Below, piece by piece: positions 17,689-26,622 of a stretch of DNA of 45,623 nucleotides. The DNA is from an uncultured Bacteroides sp. GTDB taxonomy: Bacteria; Bacillota; Clostridia; Christensenellales; CAG-917. The position numbers and the translations under genes are program-made. Position 1 is the stretch's first letter. Each line of letters begins with the position of its first letter. The DNA lies in assembly GCA_964499325.1 (NCBI GenBank), contig CAZCKS010000004.1:1-45623 (forward strand). The letters are read 5' to 3'. The notes below the pieces were generated by a model. The model did no database searches and was not told where the DNA came from. It saw nothing but the letters and a program-made list of their open reading frames with translations.

Positions 17689-19100
17689 TAGATTTTGAAA
17701 AATTCGGTTGGACTCCTCAAGAGGAAAATACCGATGAAGTAGAAGAGACGGTGGAAGAGGTTGCCGAAGAAGTTGTCGAGGAGACTCACCTTGAGGAACA
17801 AGAGACTTATCAACCTGTTTCTCAAAAGAAACCCGGCAAAGCAAATATCGTCGTAGTCGGCGTCGGCGGTGGCGGTAATAATGCCGTAAACAACATGATT
17901 CGCGCCGGTATCAAGAGTGCAAGTTTCGTTGTCATGAACACGGATATGCAAGCACTCAATATGTCATTGGTCGCTCCGCATTGCAAGATTCAACTCGGTG
18001 CAAATATGACGGGTGGTTTGGGCGCAGGTTCAGATCCCGAAATCGGCAGAAAAGCCGCAGAGGAATCACGTGAACGCATCAAAGCCGCTCTTAAAGACAT
18101 CGATTTGCTTTTCATCACCGCTGGTATGGGCGGTGGCACGGGTACTGGTGCTGCTCCGGTTATTGCTGAAATCGCAAAATCTATGGGTATCCTCACTGTT
18201 GCTGTTGTCACAAAGCCGTTCAATTTTGAAGGCGCACAACGTATGAAAAACGCAGAAGAGGGTATCAAAAATCTTAAAAACTTTGTCGATACGCTCCTCG
18301 TTATCCCCAACCAAAAACTTATAGAAGTCCTCGACAAGAATATTTCCTTCAAGCGTGCATTTGAGATTGCCGACGATGTATTGCGCCAAGGCGTTCAAGG
18401 CGTGAGCGACGTTATTGCCAATCCGGAACTTATCAACCTTGACTTTGCAGATGTGCGTACAATCCTTTCAAATAAAGGTCTTGCACACATGGGTATCGGC
18501 TACGGCAAGGGCGAGAAGAGAGTTATTGAGGCTGTCAGAGGCGCAGTGTTCAGTCCGTTGCTTGAAACAGACATTGAAGGCGCAACAGGTATTATTGTTA
18601 ACATCACCGGTGGCGAAGATATGCTCCTTGGCGAAGTCACCGAGGCTTGCGACATCGTCAAACAAGTTGTCGATCCCAGCGCAAACATCATTCTTGGCAC
18701 GGCATTCGTTCCCGATAAGAAAGATATTGAAATCACGATTATCGCAACAGGTTTTGTAGACAGAAACTCTGCACCCATAACAAGTGCACCTCAACCTGCA
18801 AGACCGTCGTTTGCACAAATGGTAGCAAGTAGCACAGAAGAGCACGAAGAGGAAAAACCGCAAGAAACCGAGAAACCCATTTACAATCCCGACATTTTTG
18901 CAAATCGTCCTGTGTTCGGTACAAGACCTCAACCGCAAGTTGAGCCTGCTCAACCCGTTGCTCCCGTACAACCTGTACAACCCGCGCAACCTGTCACTCC
19001 TGCACCGCAACAAAACGACAGCGTACAATCTTCAAGAATTGACGTGTCGTCCAAGCAAGTGCCTGCTTTTTTGCGCAGACTTAAGAGAGACCGTGACTAA
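17685..19100 (+). CDS. ftsZ: Cell division GTPase FtsZ
   Basis: GVGGGGNNAV, GMGGGTGTG, NLDFADV, C-terminal VPAFLRR. Confidence 0.99.
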   Translation: MIDFEKFGWTPQEENTDEVEETVEEVAEEVVEETHLEEQETYQPVSQKKPGKANIVVVGVGGGGNNAVNNMIRAGIKSASFVVMNTDMQALNMSLVAPHCKIQLGANMTGGLGAGSDPEIGRKAAEESRERIKAALKDIDLLFITAGMGGGTGTGAAPVIAEIAKSMGILTVAVVTKPFNFEGAQRMKNAEEGIKNLKNFVDTLLVIPNQKLIEVLDKNISFKRAFEIADDVLRQGVQGVSDVIANPELINLDFADVRTILSNKGLAHMGIGYGKGEKRVIEAVRGAVFSPLLETDIEGATGIIVNITGGEDMLLGEVTEACDIVKQVVDPSANIILGTAFVPDKKDIEITIIATGFVDRNSAPITSAPQPARPSFAQMVASSTEEHEEEKPQETEKPIYNPDIFANRPVFGTRPQPQVEPAQPVAPVQPVQPAQPVTPAPQQNDSVQSSRIDVSSKQVPAFLRRLKRDRD

Positions 19101-19178
19101 TTAAGATACAATTAAAGCGGTTAGAATATCGAAATTTTAATATTAATTAATAATCGATAAATTATTTATACAAAATTT

Positions 19179-19205
19179 GCCTTTGCATTTTGCAAAGGCT
19201 TTTTT
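19179..19205 (+). terminator. Terminator after ftsZ
   Basis: GCCTTTGCA-TTT-TGCAAAGGC followed by T6. Confidence 0.8.
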
Positions 19206-19210
19206 GTTGC

Positions 19211-19217
19211 TTCGACA
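19211..19217 (-). promoter_or_regulatory. Spo0A (0A) box upstream of spoIIG
   Basis: TTCGACA, the reverse complement of consensus TGTCGAA, upstream of a known Spo0A-activated operon. Confidence 0.65.
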
Positions 19218-19260
19218 GCAAAGGAAAGTATAATATCCTCACAAGATGTATTATCTTTGC

Positions 19261-20022
19261 GTGGAAGTGTATGTGGAACTTGTGTTATTCAATAACGTTG
19301 CAATCGATTTTGCGCTGATTGTAATCGTTGAAACGATAAGACGTCGAAAAATGTCGATATTTCGTGCGCTTTTAGCAAGTTTGATAGGCGGAATAATTGC
19401 ATTTTATTATGCAGTTGCGCCCAATATTTTGCAGATATTGATCAAGATATTTTTGTCTCCGCTAATGTGTTTGATTTTCGATAAGCGTTGCGGAGATTGT
19501 TTTCGAGCAAAAGTTGTCGATTTTCTATCCACTCTTGCAATTTTTGTGATTGCTACATATTTTACGGGAGGTGTAGTTTTTGGACTGTCGCTTGCATTAA
19601 ACATTGATATAAACGCTTACGCCATAGAGGGGATTATTGCGCTTTCGATTGCTATATGTCTTTTGTGCGCAAGGCTAATTGTACGGCGAAGGCAATCTTT
19701 ATCTACTAAAAAGGTTGACGCAACAATTAGAGTGGGGAAAACTTGCGTAAAGACGACGGGGCTTTGTGACAGCGGAAATACGCTTGTGGATAACGTCACT
19801 GGATTACCCGTTGTGATATTTTCCGACAATATGGAAAAACGCTTTGACAAATTGACAATAGACGGATTTGTTAACGTGCAGACTGTGGGCGGTCAATGCG
19901 ATATGCCAATCGTTAACATTGATGAAATATGCGTTGGTGGCAAACGATGCAAGGCAATGGGCGCACTTTCTCGCAAAAATTTCGGAGATTATGACGTTAT
20001 ATTGCAAAATTCGATATTCTAA
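19261..20022 (+). CDS. spoIIGA: Pro-sigE processing aspartic protease (GTG 19261 preferred; ATG 19246 possible)
   Basis: N-terminus (M)EVYVELVLFNN, multiple TM segments, DSGNTLVD motif; directly before sigE. Confidence 0.88.
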   Translation: MEVYVELVLFNNVAIDFALIVIVETIRRRKMSIFRALLASLIGGIIAFYYAVAPNILQILIKIFLSPLMCLIFDKRCGDCFRAKVVDFLSTLAIFVIATYFTGGVVFGLSLALNIDINAYAIEGIIALSIAICLLCARLIVRRRQSLSTKKVDATIRVGKTCVKTTGLCDSGNTLVDNVTGLPVVIFSDNMEKRFDKLTIDGFVNVQTVGGQCDMPIVNIDEICVGGKRCKAMGALSRKNFGDYDVILQNSIF

Positions 20023-20072
20023 TCAGGTAAAACAAAAGTTTAAATATAATTTATAAATGATATGAGGTATAT

Positions 20073-20786
20073 ATGAAAGGAAAAATCAGAGCGTTGTTTG
20101 AAAGATTGCTTGCGTGGCTCGGCATCAAAGAAGCGTCTTTTGTGCACTATATTTCTCAAGGCGCGATGTTGCCATCTCCGTTTACGCCCGAAGAGGAACA
20201 AGTAGTAGTACGTCGATTTCTTGACGGTGACGAAGAGGCTCGATTGCAACTTATAGAGCACAATTTGCGCCTTGTTGTGTATATAGCAAAGAAGTTTGAC
20301 AACACGGGCATAGATATGGATGATCTTGTATCGATCGGTACGATAGGTTTAATTAAGGCAGTCGGAGGGTATAATCCCGATAAGAACATCAAACTTGCCA
20401 CTTTTGCTTCAAGGTGCATCGAAAACGAGATATTGATGTATTTGCGCAAGACCAATAAAACACGCGCAGAGGTATCTCTTGACGAGCCTCTGAACGTCGA
20501 TTGGGAGGGTAATACTTTGCTTTTAAGCGACGTTTTGGGAACGGATGCGGATGCTGTTTATAACGATGTAGAGACTTCTGACGAGTGTCGCATTTTGCAT
20601 GGTGTGTTTGACAAACTTCCTCAACGAGAAAGACAGATTTTGTCATTGCGCTTCGGCTTGTACGGTAAGGAGGAGATGACGCAAAAGGAGATTGCAGACA
20701 TGATGGGTATATCGCAATCATACATATCTCGACTTGAAAAAAAGATTGTGGAGAATCTCAAAAAAGATATGAAAAAACTTGGTTGA
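20073..20786 (+). CDS. sigE: Pro-sigma E
   Basis: HNLRLVVYIAKKF, DLVSIGTIGLIKA, SLDEPLNVDWEGN, ISQSYISRLEK. Confidence 0.97.
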   Translation: MKGKIRALFERLLAWLGIKEASFVHYISQGAMLPSPFTPEEEQVVVRRFLDGDEEARLQLIEHNLRLVVYIAKKFDNTGIDMDDLVSIGTIGLIKAVGGYNPDKNIKLATFASRCIENEILMYLRKTNKTRAEVSLDEPLNVDWEGNTLLLSDVLGTDADAVYNDVETSDECRILHGVFDKLPQRERQILSLRFGLYGKEEMTQKEIADMMGISQSYISRLEKKIVENLKKDMKKLG

Positions 20787-20807
20787 TTGCTCTCAAATTT
20801 TTTGTTT

Positions 20808-20836
20808 GAATATAAAACGTAGTTTTGTTCAAAATA
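20808..20836 (+). promoter_or_regulatory. sigF/sigG-type promoter of sigG
   Basis: GAATA-N17-CAAAATA. Confidence 0.55.
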
Positions 20837-20876
20837 TATAAAAGGCTTCCTACATAACTTTTAGGAGGCTTTTTAT

Positions 20877-21650
20877 ATGGGCAGAGTTCAAGTTTGCGGA
20901 ATAGACACCGCAACTCTTCCAAAGATAAATTGCGTTGAATGCGACGAGTTGTTAAAGCGGATAAAAGAGGGTGACAGTAGCGCACGTGAACTATTTTTAA
21001 TGGCAAACATGCGACTTGTGCTTTCTTGTGTTGGCAGATTCTCAAAATCAGGCGAGAGTGCCGACGACCTCTTTCAAGTGGGGATGGTGGGGCTTTTAAA
21101 GGCACTTGAAAACTTTGATGTTAATCTCAACGTGCGTTTTTCCACTTATGCAGTGCCTATGATTATTGGAGAAATGCGTAGGGCTATACGTGACCGTACC
21201 ACAATCAAAGTCTCGCGAAGCGTTAGAGATACGGCATATAAAGCGTTAAAGGCTCGTGAAAATCTTGTCAAAAACAATGCCAATGATCCCTCTATGATTG
21301 AGATTGCAGAGGAAATCGGTATTCCGCTCAAAGAGGTTGCGTGTGCTCTCGATGCCGTAAGCGAGCCTGTATCTTTTTACGAGCCTTGTTACAACGACGG
21401 CGAAGAGGGCTTGGAGATAATAGACCAACTTGCCGATGAGAAAGAGAATAGTGAAAATTGGACGGAGAAACTTGCATTGAGAGAGGCGCTTAAGAATGTG
21501 CCGGAAAGAGAATTGGAAGTGATAAAATTGCGTTATTTTGACGGTAAAACGCAGGTGGAAATTAGTTCTATTGTGGGAATATCGCAAGCACAAGTCTCTC
21601 GGCTTGAGAAATCTGCGTTGTCAAAAATCAAAAGTGCAATGAATGCATAG
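20877..21650 (+). CDS. sigG: Sigma G
   Basis: VQVCGIDTATLP, DDLFQVG, FSTYAVPMIIGE, ISQAQVSRLEK. Confidence 0.96.
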   Translation: MGRVQVCGIDTATLPKINCVECDELLKRIKEGDSSARELFLMANMRLVLSCVGRFSKSGESADDLFQVGMVGLLKALENFDVNLNVRFSTYAVPMIIGEMRRAIRDRTTIKVSRSVRDTAYKALKARENLVKNNANDPSMIEIAEEIGIPLKEVACALDAVSEPVSFYEPCYNDGEEGLEIIDQLADEKENSENWTEKLALREALKNVPERELEVIKLRYFDGKTQVEISSIVGISQAQVSRLEKSALSKIKSAMNA

Positions 21651-21651
21651 T

Positions 21652-21954
21652 TTAATTGCATTCTCTGTTAACGTCGGTATCTGACGTGTCAGATAGGGTG
21701 CAGGCGTTAATTCCGACTATTTCCACAAGGATTGCGTCTGCGCCTATTTTGATAATTCGATTGAAGGGAATAAATATGCTATCGGGGCTTGTTATGCTTT
21801 TCAGCAATGATTTTTTGCCGGGAACGACAAGCCCGTTAACGCATGCCTGACTGTTGAAAATGAGGTCGCAAACATGTCCCATTTCTTTGCCGTCGGCAAC
21901 GTTGATAACAGTTTTTTTGCTTAATTCCGCAAAGGAATATTGCCTTATATTCAT
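21652..21954 (-). CDS. ylmC: YlmC/YmxH PRC-barrel sporulation protein, inverted relative to sigG
   Basis: ELSKKTVINVADGKEMG, IPFNRIIKIGADAILV. Confidence 0.88.
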   Translation of the reverse strand: MNIRQYSFAELSKKTVINVADGKEMGHVCDLIFNSQACVNGLVVPGKKSLLKSITSPDSIFIPFNRIIKIGADAILVEIVGINACTLSDTSDTDVNRECN

Positions 21955-21960
21955 ATCCAA

Positions 21961-21989
21961 ATTGTATGCGTGTAGATCGCAAAATATGT
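21961..21989 (-). promoter_or_regulatory. sigE promoter of ylmC, predicted leaderless
   Basis: Minus strand CATA-N16-CATACAAT (consensus), then 6 nt to ATG 21954; no SD. Confidence 0.75.
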
Positions 21990-22049
21990 TTTTATGACGC
22001 TTGAGGTTAAGTTTTTATTGCGCACGATTGTGCCTTGATGGAGTTTTCA

Positions 22050-22109
22050 ACACAAAATGTTGTATTTTTTGATATAAAACTTTACAATTTTCACAATATA
22101 TTGTATAAT
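22050..22109 (+). promoter_or_regulatory. nrdR sigA promoter with two NrdR boxes
   Basis: TTTACA(22081)-N17-TATAAT(22104); ACACAAAATGTTGTAT (22050) and TCACAATATATTGTAT (22091). Confidence 0.7.
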
Positions 22110-22136
22110 AACCGCATAAATTGTCGAGGTATTTGT

Positions 22137-22607
22137 ATGAAGTGTATTTATTGCGGAAGTATGGATAGCAAGGTTGTCGATTCAAGACAAAACGAGGACG
22201 GTACGTCCATCCGCCGTCGCAGAGAGTGCATTGTTTGCGGTAAACGTTTCACCACGTATGAGACTGTTGAGAGCACTCCCGTCATGGTGGTGAAGAAAGA
22301 CGGTTCTCGCCAAGCGTTTGACGTCAATAAGATTAAAATCGGCATAATGAAAGCATGCGAAAAGCGTCCTATCTCAATGTCGTCTATTGATAGGCTTGTC
22401 GGCGATATTCAACGCAAAGTTTTAAATACGCTTGATCAAGAGGTGTCGTCCACGGCATTGGGCGATATGGTTATGGAAGGTCTCAAGTCCATTGACGACG
22501 TTGCATACGTGCGTTATGCGTCCGTACACCGCCAATTCAAAGACATCAACACTTTGCTCGACGAGATAGAAAGCCTTGTCAAACTCAAGGATGAGATAAG
22601 CAAATAA
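22137..22607 (+). CDS. nrdR: Ribonucleotide reductase repressor
   Basis: MKCIYC, VVDSR, IRRRREC..CGKRFTTYE, ATP cone, VAYVRYASV. Confidence 0.97.
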   Translation: MKCIYCGSMDSKVVDSRQNEDGTSIRRRRECIVCGKRFTTYETVESTPVMVVKKDGSRQAFDVNKIKIGIMKACEKRPISMSSIDRLVGDIQRKVLNTLDQEVSSTALGDMVMEGLKSIDDVAYVRYASVHRQFKDINTLLDEIESLVKLKDEISK

Positions 22608-22644
22608 CTTTTTACAAAAGATACATCAATATAACAAAGATAAA

Positions 22645-22671
22645 GCCACGCATAAGCGTGGCAATTTTTTT
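22645..22671. terminator. Terminator between convergent nrdR and sigK
   Basis: GCCACGC-ATAA-GCGTGGC then AA and a T-tract. Confidence 0.65.
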
Positions 22672-22711
22672 ATTAATTCGTAAGTGATAAGTGAGTTTTG
22701 CTCAACTGTTT

Positions 22712-23407
22712 TTAGGTCAAATCTTCTTTGTTTACGCAATTTCTGATTTTTTCCAATGCTTTTTTTTCTATGCGTGAAACGTAAGAACGCGATATGTCAA
22801 ATTTTTTTGCGACCTCGCGTTGTGTAAGCGCACCGCAACCGCCTAGCCCGTAGCGAAGCCTGATTATGTCATATTCTCGCTTGTCAAGCACGGACTTTGT
22901 GATTTTTAGTAATTTTTCCATCATAATCGAGTTTTCCACATCCTCTATTACGGAATGTTCGTCGGAGAGCATATCCATTATAACAAGTTCGTTGCCGTCC
23001 TTATCCACGCCTATCGGCTCGTTTAGCGAGACGTTGGAGCGGTGTTTCTTGGATGTGCGCATCGTCATTAATATTTCGTTTTCTATACATCTTGAGGCGT
23101 ATGTTGCAAGTGTGGTGCCTTTATCTGGCTTGAAACTTTCAATCGCTTTTATAAGCCCTATGGAGCCTATGGAAATCAATTCGTCGTTATCGCCGTAGTT
23201 GACATATTTTTTTGCGATGTGAGCAACAAGGCGCAAATTGTGTTTGACGAGTATTTCTTTGGCGTTTTCGTCGCCTTGTGCGCTTTTTTCAAGATATTCC
23301 TTTTCTTTTTCTTTGGAGAGAGGCTTTGGAAAGGAACTTTTCTCCGTCACATAGGAAGAAAATATGATTAGATTTTTTAAAAGAACGAGCAAACTCTCCA
23401 AAGCCAT
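22712..23407 (-). CDS. sigK: Pro-sigma K, uninterrupted
   Basis: Hydrophobic pro-sequence ending SYV, SFPKPLS, HNLRLVAHIAKKY, PIGVDKDGNE, ISRSYVSRIEKKAL. Confidence 0.94.
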   Translation of the reverse strand: MALESLLVLLKNLIIFSSYVTEKSSFPKPLSKEKEKEYLEKSAQGDENAKEILVKHNLRLVAHIAKKYVNYGDNDELISIGSIGLIKAIESFKPDKGTTLATYASRCIENEILMTMRTSKKHRSNVSLNEPIGVDKDGNELVIMDMLSDEHSVIEDVENSIMMEKLLKITKSVLDKREYDIIRLRYGLGGCGALTQREVAKKFDISRSYVSRIEKKALEKIRNCVNKEDLT

Positions 23408-23433
23408 TTTTAATAACCCCTCCGACGTTGTAT

Positions 23434-23463
23434 ATTTTATGGCGAATGATGAGAAAAATTGAC
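23434..23463 (-). promoter_or_regulatory. sigE/sigK-type promoter of sigK
   Basis: Minus strand gtCAAT-N16-CATAAAAT; SD GGAGGGG downstream. Confidence 0.55.
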
Positions 23464-23509
23464 AATATTCGACTTAAGCAAAAAACAAAATTTTATTGTG
23501 TGTAATAAG

Positions 23510-23538
23510 TTGACAACTTTGCGTTTTAGAATTATAAT
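23510..23538 (+). promoter_or_regulatory. sigA promoter
   Basis: TTGACA-N17-TATAAT. Confidence 0.75.
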
Positions 23539-23631
23539 CCAACAGGTCGCAGGGGTGCAAAACTTTTTGCGACGACACTCAATTGGCTAAAATAATTTAT
23601 TATTTTATCCTAAATATAAGAGGTTTTCAAA

Positions 23632-25044
23632 ATGAAAAAATATGATATTTGTATAGTCGGCGCAGGTCCTGCAGGTATTTTTACGGCAATCGAACTTTTG
23701 CGTAAAGGTAGCACAAAGAAAATGTGCATTATCGAAAAAGGACAGCCCGTAGAAAAGCGTGTATGTCCCAAGACATTTGGCGGAGAATGTCGCAACTGCA
23801 AGCCGTATTGTCATATTACGACGGGATTTTCTGGCGCAGGTGCGTTTTCGGACGGCAAATTGTCCCTTTCGCACGAAGTGGGCGGAGAATTGCCTCAACT
23901 TATCGGCACGGATAAGGCGCAAAGCCTTATCGACTATACTGATACGATATATCTTGAATTTGGTGCAGACGAGCATATCGAAGGTCTCGGTAACGAAGAG
24001 AAGGTCAAGGCTATCCGCAGAAAAGCCATAAAAGCAGGTTTGAAACTTGTAGATTGTCCTATACGTCACCTTGGCACTGAAAAGGCAAGAGACCTCTATC
24101 TTGCGCTTGAAAACTATTTGCGTGACAATGGCGTTGACCTCATTTTTGGCAGACAATGCGACAATATCATTCTCGATGGCGACACTTGCAAGGGCGTGTA
24201 TATCGAAGATAGCAAGGGACAAAATCAAGAAGAGATATTGGCAGATAGGACTATCATCGCAACGGGGAGAAGAGGTGCGGAATGGCTTGAAAAGATATGT
24301 GCGGAACATAACATTGCTCATGCTCCCGGCGTTGTTGACATCGGCGTAAGAGTTGAAGTGCGCAACGAGATTATGGAAGAGGTAAACGACGTTCTTTACG
24401 AGAGTAAACTCATCGGTTATCCCGAGCCGTTCAAGAACAAAGTGCGTATTTTCTGTCAAAATCCGGGAGGATTTGTTTCGCAAGAGAACTATGACAACGA
24501 TTTGGCTGTTGTCAACGGTCATAGTTATAAAGAGAAGAAGAGCGACAATACAAACCTTGCCATTCTTTGTTCACATTCATTTACGGAACCGTTTAAACAA
24601 CCTATCGAATATGCGCAAAAGGTGGGCGAACTTACAAATATGCTTGGCGCAGGCAAAATTATGGTGCAACGCTATGGCGATATTCTCAACGGCAAGCGTA
24701 CTTGGCAAAGGGAATTGGGGTTCTCCAACGTGCGCCCGACGCTCAAGGATGCAGTTGCGGGCGATATAACCGCAGGTATGCCGTATAGAGCGATGCTCAA
24801 CATAATCAACTTTATTCAAGCGGTAGATAAGGTAGTCCCCGGATTTGCAGGGTATGAGACGTTGCTTTATAGCCCGGAATTGAAATTCTACAGCAACAAA
24901 ATCAAGATGGACGAGCATCTCAATACCTCAATCCACGGCTTGCATTGCCTTGGTGATAGCAGTGGTTGGACAAGGGGGCTTATGATGGCGTCTGTTATGG
25001 GCGTATATATGGCTCGCAACATATTGGAACAAGACGGCGAATAA
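23632..25044 (+). CDS. NAD(P)/FAD-dependent oxidoreductase with Cys cluster (uncharacterised flavoprotein family)
   Basis: GAGPAG, CP...CRNCKPYC, GAGAFSDGKL, ATGRRG, GDSSG. Confidence 0.85.
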   Translation: MKKYDICIVGAGPAGIFTAIELLRKGSTKKMCIIEKGQPVEKRVCPKTFGGECRNCKPYCHITTGFSGAGAFSDGKLSLSHEVGGELPQLIGTDKAQSLIDYTDTIYLEFGADEHIEGLGNEEKVKAIRRKAIKAGLKLVDCPIRHLGTEKARDLYLALENYLRDNGVDLIFGRQCDNIILDGDTCKGVYIEDSKGQNQEEILADRTIIATGRRGAEWLEKICAEHNIAHAPGVVDIGVRVEVRNEIMEEVNDVLYESKLIGYPEPFKNKVRIFCQNPGGFVSQENYDNDLAVVNGHSYKEKKSDNTNLAILCSHSFTEPFKQPIEYAQKVGELTNMLGAGKIMVQRYGDILNGKRTWQRELGFSNVRPTLKDAVAGDITAGMPYRAMLNIINFIQAVDKVVPGFAGYETLLYSPELKFYSNKIKMDEHLNTSIHGLHCLGDSSGWTRGLMMASVMGVYMARNILEQDGE

Positions 25045-25129
25045 TTGTTAAACCGCAAAGCGTTGTTAACAAAGCACGCAATAGCCCGTTAAATACAATT
25101 TATAATTTTATATAAGCATTAGCAGTGAA

Positions 25130-25160
25130 GTGACGAGCGCAATTTTGCGCTCGTTATTTT
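25130..25160 (+). terminator. Terminator
   Basis: GTGACGAGCGCA-ATTT-TGCGCTCGTTAT-TTT. Confidence 0.7.
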
Positions 25161-25290
25161 GTATAATAAAAAAACAGCAATATTTTGTTTGGTGTAGGGA
25201 TATGGCTAATTATAAAAAAATAGTTTTCTCATATTTGTGTTTACAATTATTTACATAGGTTATTTTTGACATTATGCACATGATAAGCGT

Positions 25291-26463
25291 ATGCAGAGAA
25301 GAGAAAATGTATATGTAAAAACGCAAAAAGCAGTATTGCGGTGTCTATTGGCAATTATGCTTTTTTGCTTTGCCTGCGCGCTGATTGGCAATGCAAGTGC
25401 TATAAAAAATGCAAAAATTGAGAATTCTTTAGAGGATTTTAAGAGCAAAAACATTGATTATTCGAAAAATTTTCAATTACAAGTCAATTCAAATATTGGT
25501 GGAGATTATGTGCATATCGGTGGTATACCTATAGGCATAAGTGTAAATGCAGGCGGATTGATTGTCGTGGATAAATGCGCCGTAAGCACATCTTTAGGAG
25601 ACGTTTTTCCATCGGCAAGGGCGGACATTAAAACTGGCGATGTGATAATGAAGGTCAACGGCGAAGATGTAACATCGATTTATAAATTGAAAAATTTGCT
25701 TGAAAAGTATGGTGAAAGCGGTGTTACGCTTTCAATTAATAGAAATGGCTATGTATTTGATGTAAAAGTAAATGCAACAAAGGATACTCTCGGTCAATAC
25801 AAACTGGGATTGATGTTGAAAGAGGACGTTTCGGGCGTCGGGACTCTTACATTTATCACTCAAGACGGCAAATTCGGGGCACTTGGACATCATATTTGCG
25901 ACGGAGAGAGCGGACTTTGCGAGCAGTTGAGTGACGGAAAGATTTATAATGCAAGAGTTGAGAGTGTTGTTAAAGGCGAAAAGGGGAAGGCTGGCGGTCT
26001 TATCGCAGAAGTTAATAAACTGCAAAAAAGCATAGGCGAGGTGGAATGTAATACAAATATCGGTATTTTCGGAGAATACAGCGGTGTTGCTACTGGAGAT
26101 TTATATAAAATCGCATCCAAAGGCGAGGCAAAGATAGGCAAAGCGCAGGTTTTAACAACCGTCGAGGGGAATGTTCCTCAGTTTTATGACATCGATATTG
26201 TAAAGGTCATCTCGCAAAACGGTGTGAATGAAAAAGGAATGGTTGTAAGTGTAACGGACAAACGCTTACTTGAAAAGACAGGTGGAATCGTACAAGGAAT
26301 GAGTGGAAGTCCGATTATACAAAACGGCATTCTAATTGGGGCAATTACACATGTTTTTATACAAGATCCGACAAGAGGGTATGCTGTCCATTCTCGATTT
26401 ATGTATGAATATGCACTTGATAGCACACAAGATGAAATGACCAATAATATGCTTTGTGCATAG
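25291..26463 (+). CDS. spoIVB: SpoIVB PDZ serine peptidase
   Basis: N-terminal signal/TM segment, PDZ (GDVIMKVNG), GVGTLTF, FGALGH, GGIVQGMSGSPIIQNG. Confidence 0.95.
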   Translation: MQRRENVYVKTQKAVLRCLLAIMLFCFACALIGNASAIKNAKIENSLEDFKSKNIDYSKNFQLQVNSNIGGDYVHIGGIPIGISVNAGGLIVVDKCAVSTSLGDVFPSARADIKTGDVIMKVNGEDVTSIYKLKNLLEKYGESGVTLSINRNGYVFDVKVNATKDTLGQYKLGLMLKEDVSGVGTLTFITQDGKFGALGHHICDGESGLCEQLSDGKIYNARVESVVKGEKGKAGGLIAEVNKLQKSIGEVECNTNIGIFGEYSGVATGDLYKIASKGEAKIGKAQVLTTVEGNVPQFYDIDIVKVISQNGVNEKGMVVSVTDKRLLEKTGGIVQGMSGSPIIQNGILIGAITHVFIQDPTRGYAVHSRFMYEYALDSTQDEMTNNMLCA

Positions 26464-26622
26464 CGAACAACCTTGCTGATTGTTAGGTTGTTCCCTTTGG
26501 GGATTAGAATAATCAATCAAAGACGTTTGAAGTATTATAAACGCTAATTGTCGATGTTTTAACGCAGTGGCTATGTTCTATCAACAATTAACCTTTACTG
26601 CATGGGTTATTTAATACAGACT

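Noticed and set aside
22712-23407. skin-like interruption of sigK
   Set aside because: The ORF is continuous and full length, with no recombinase nearby
23605-24522. Long antisense ORFs (also 1738-2523, 29660-30466, 39902-41011, 41219-41947)
   Set aside because: They shadow well-supported genes on the opposite strand and show no motifs or SDs; expected from codon bias
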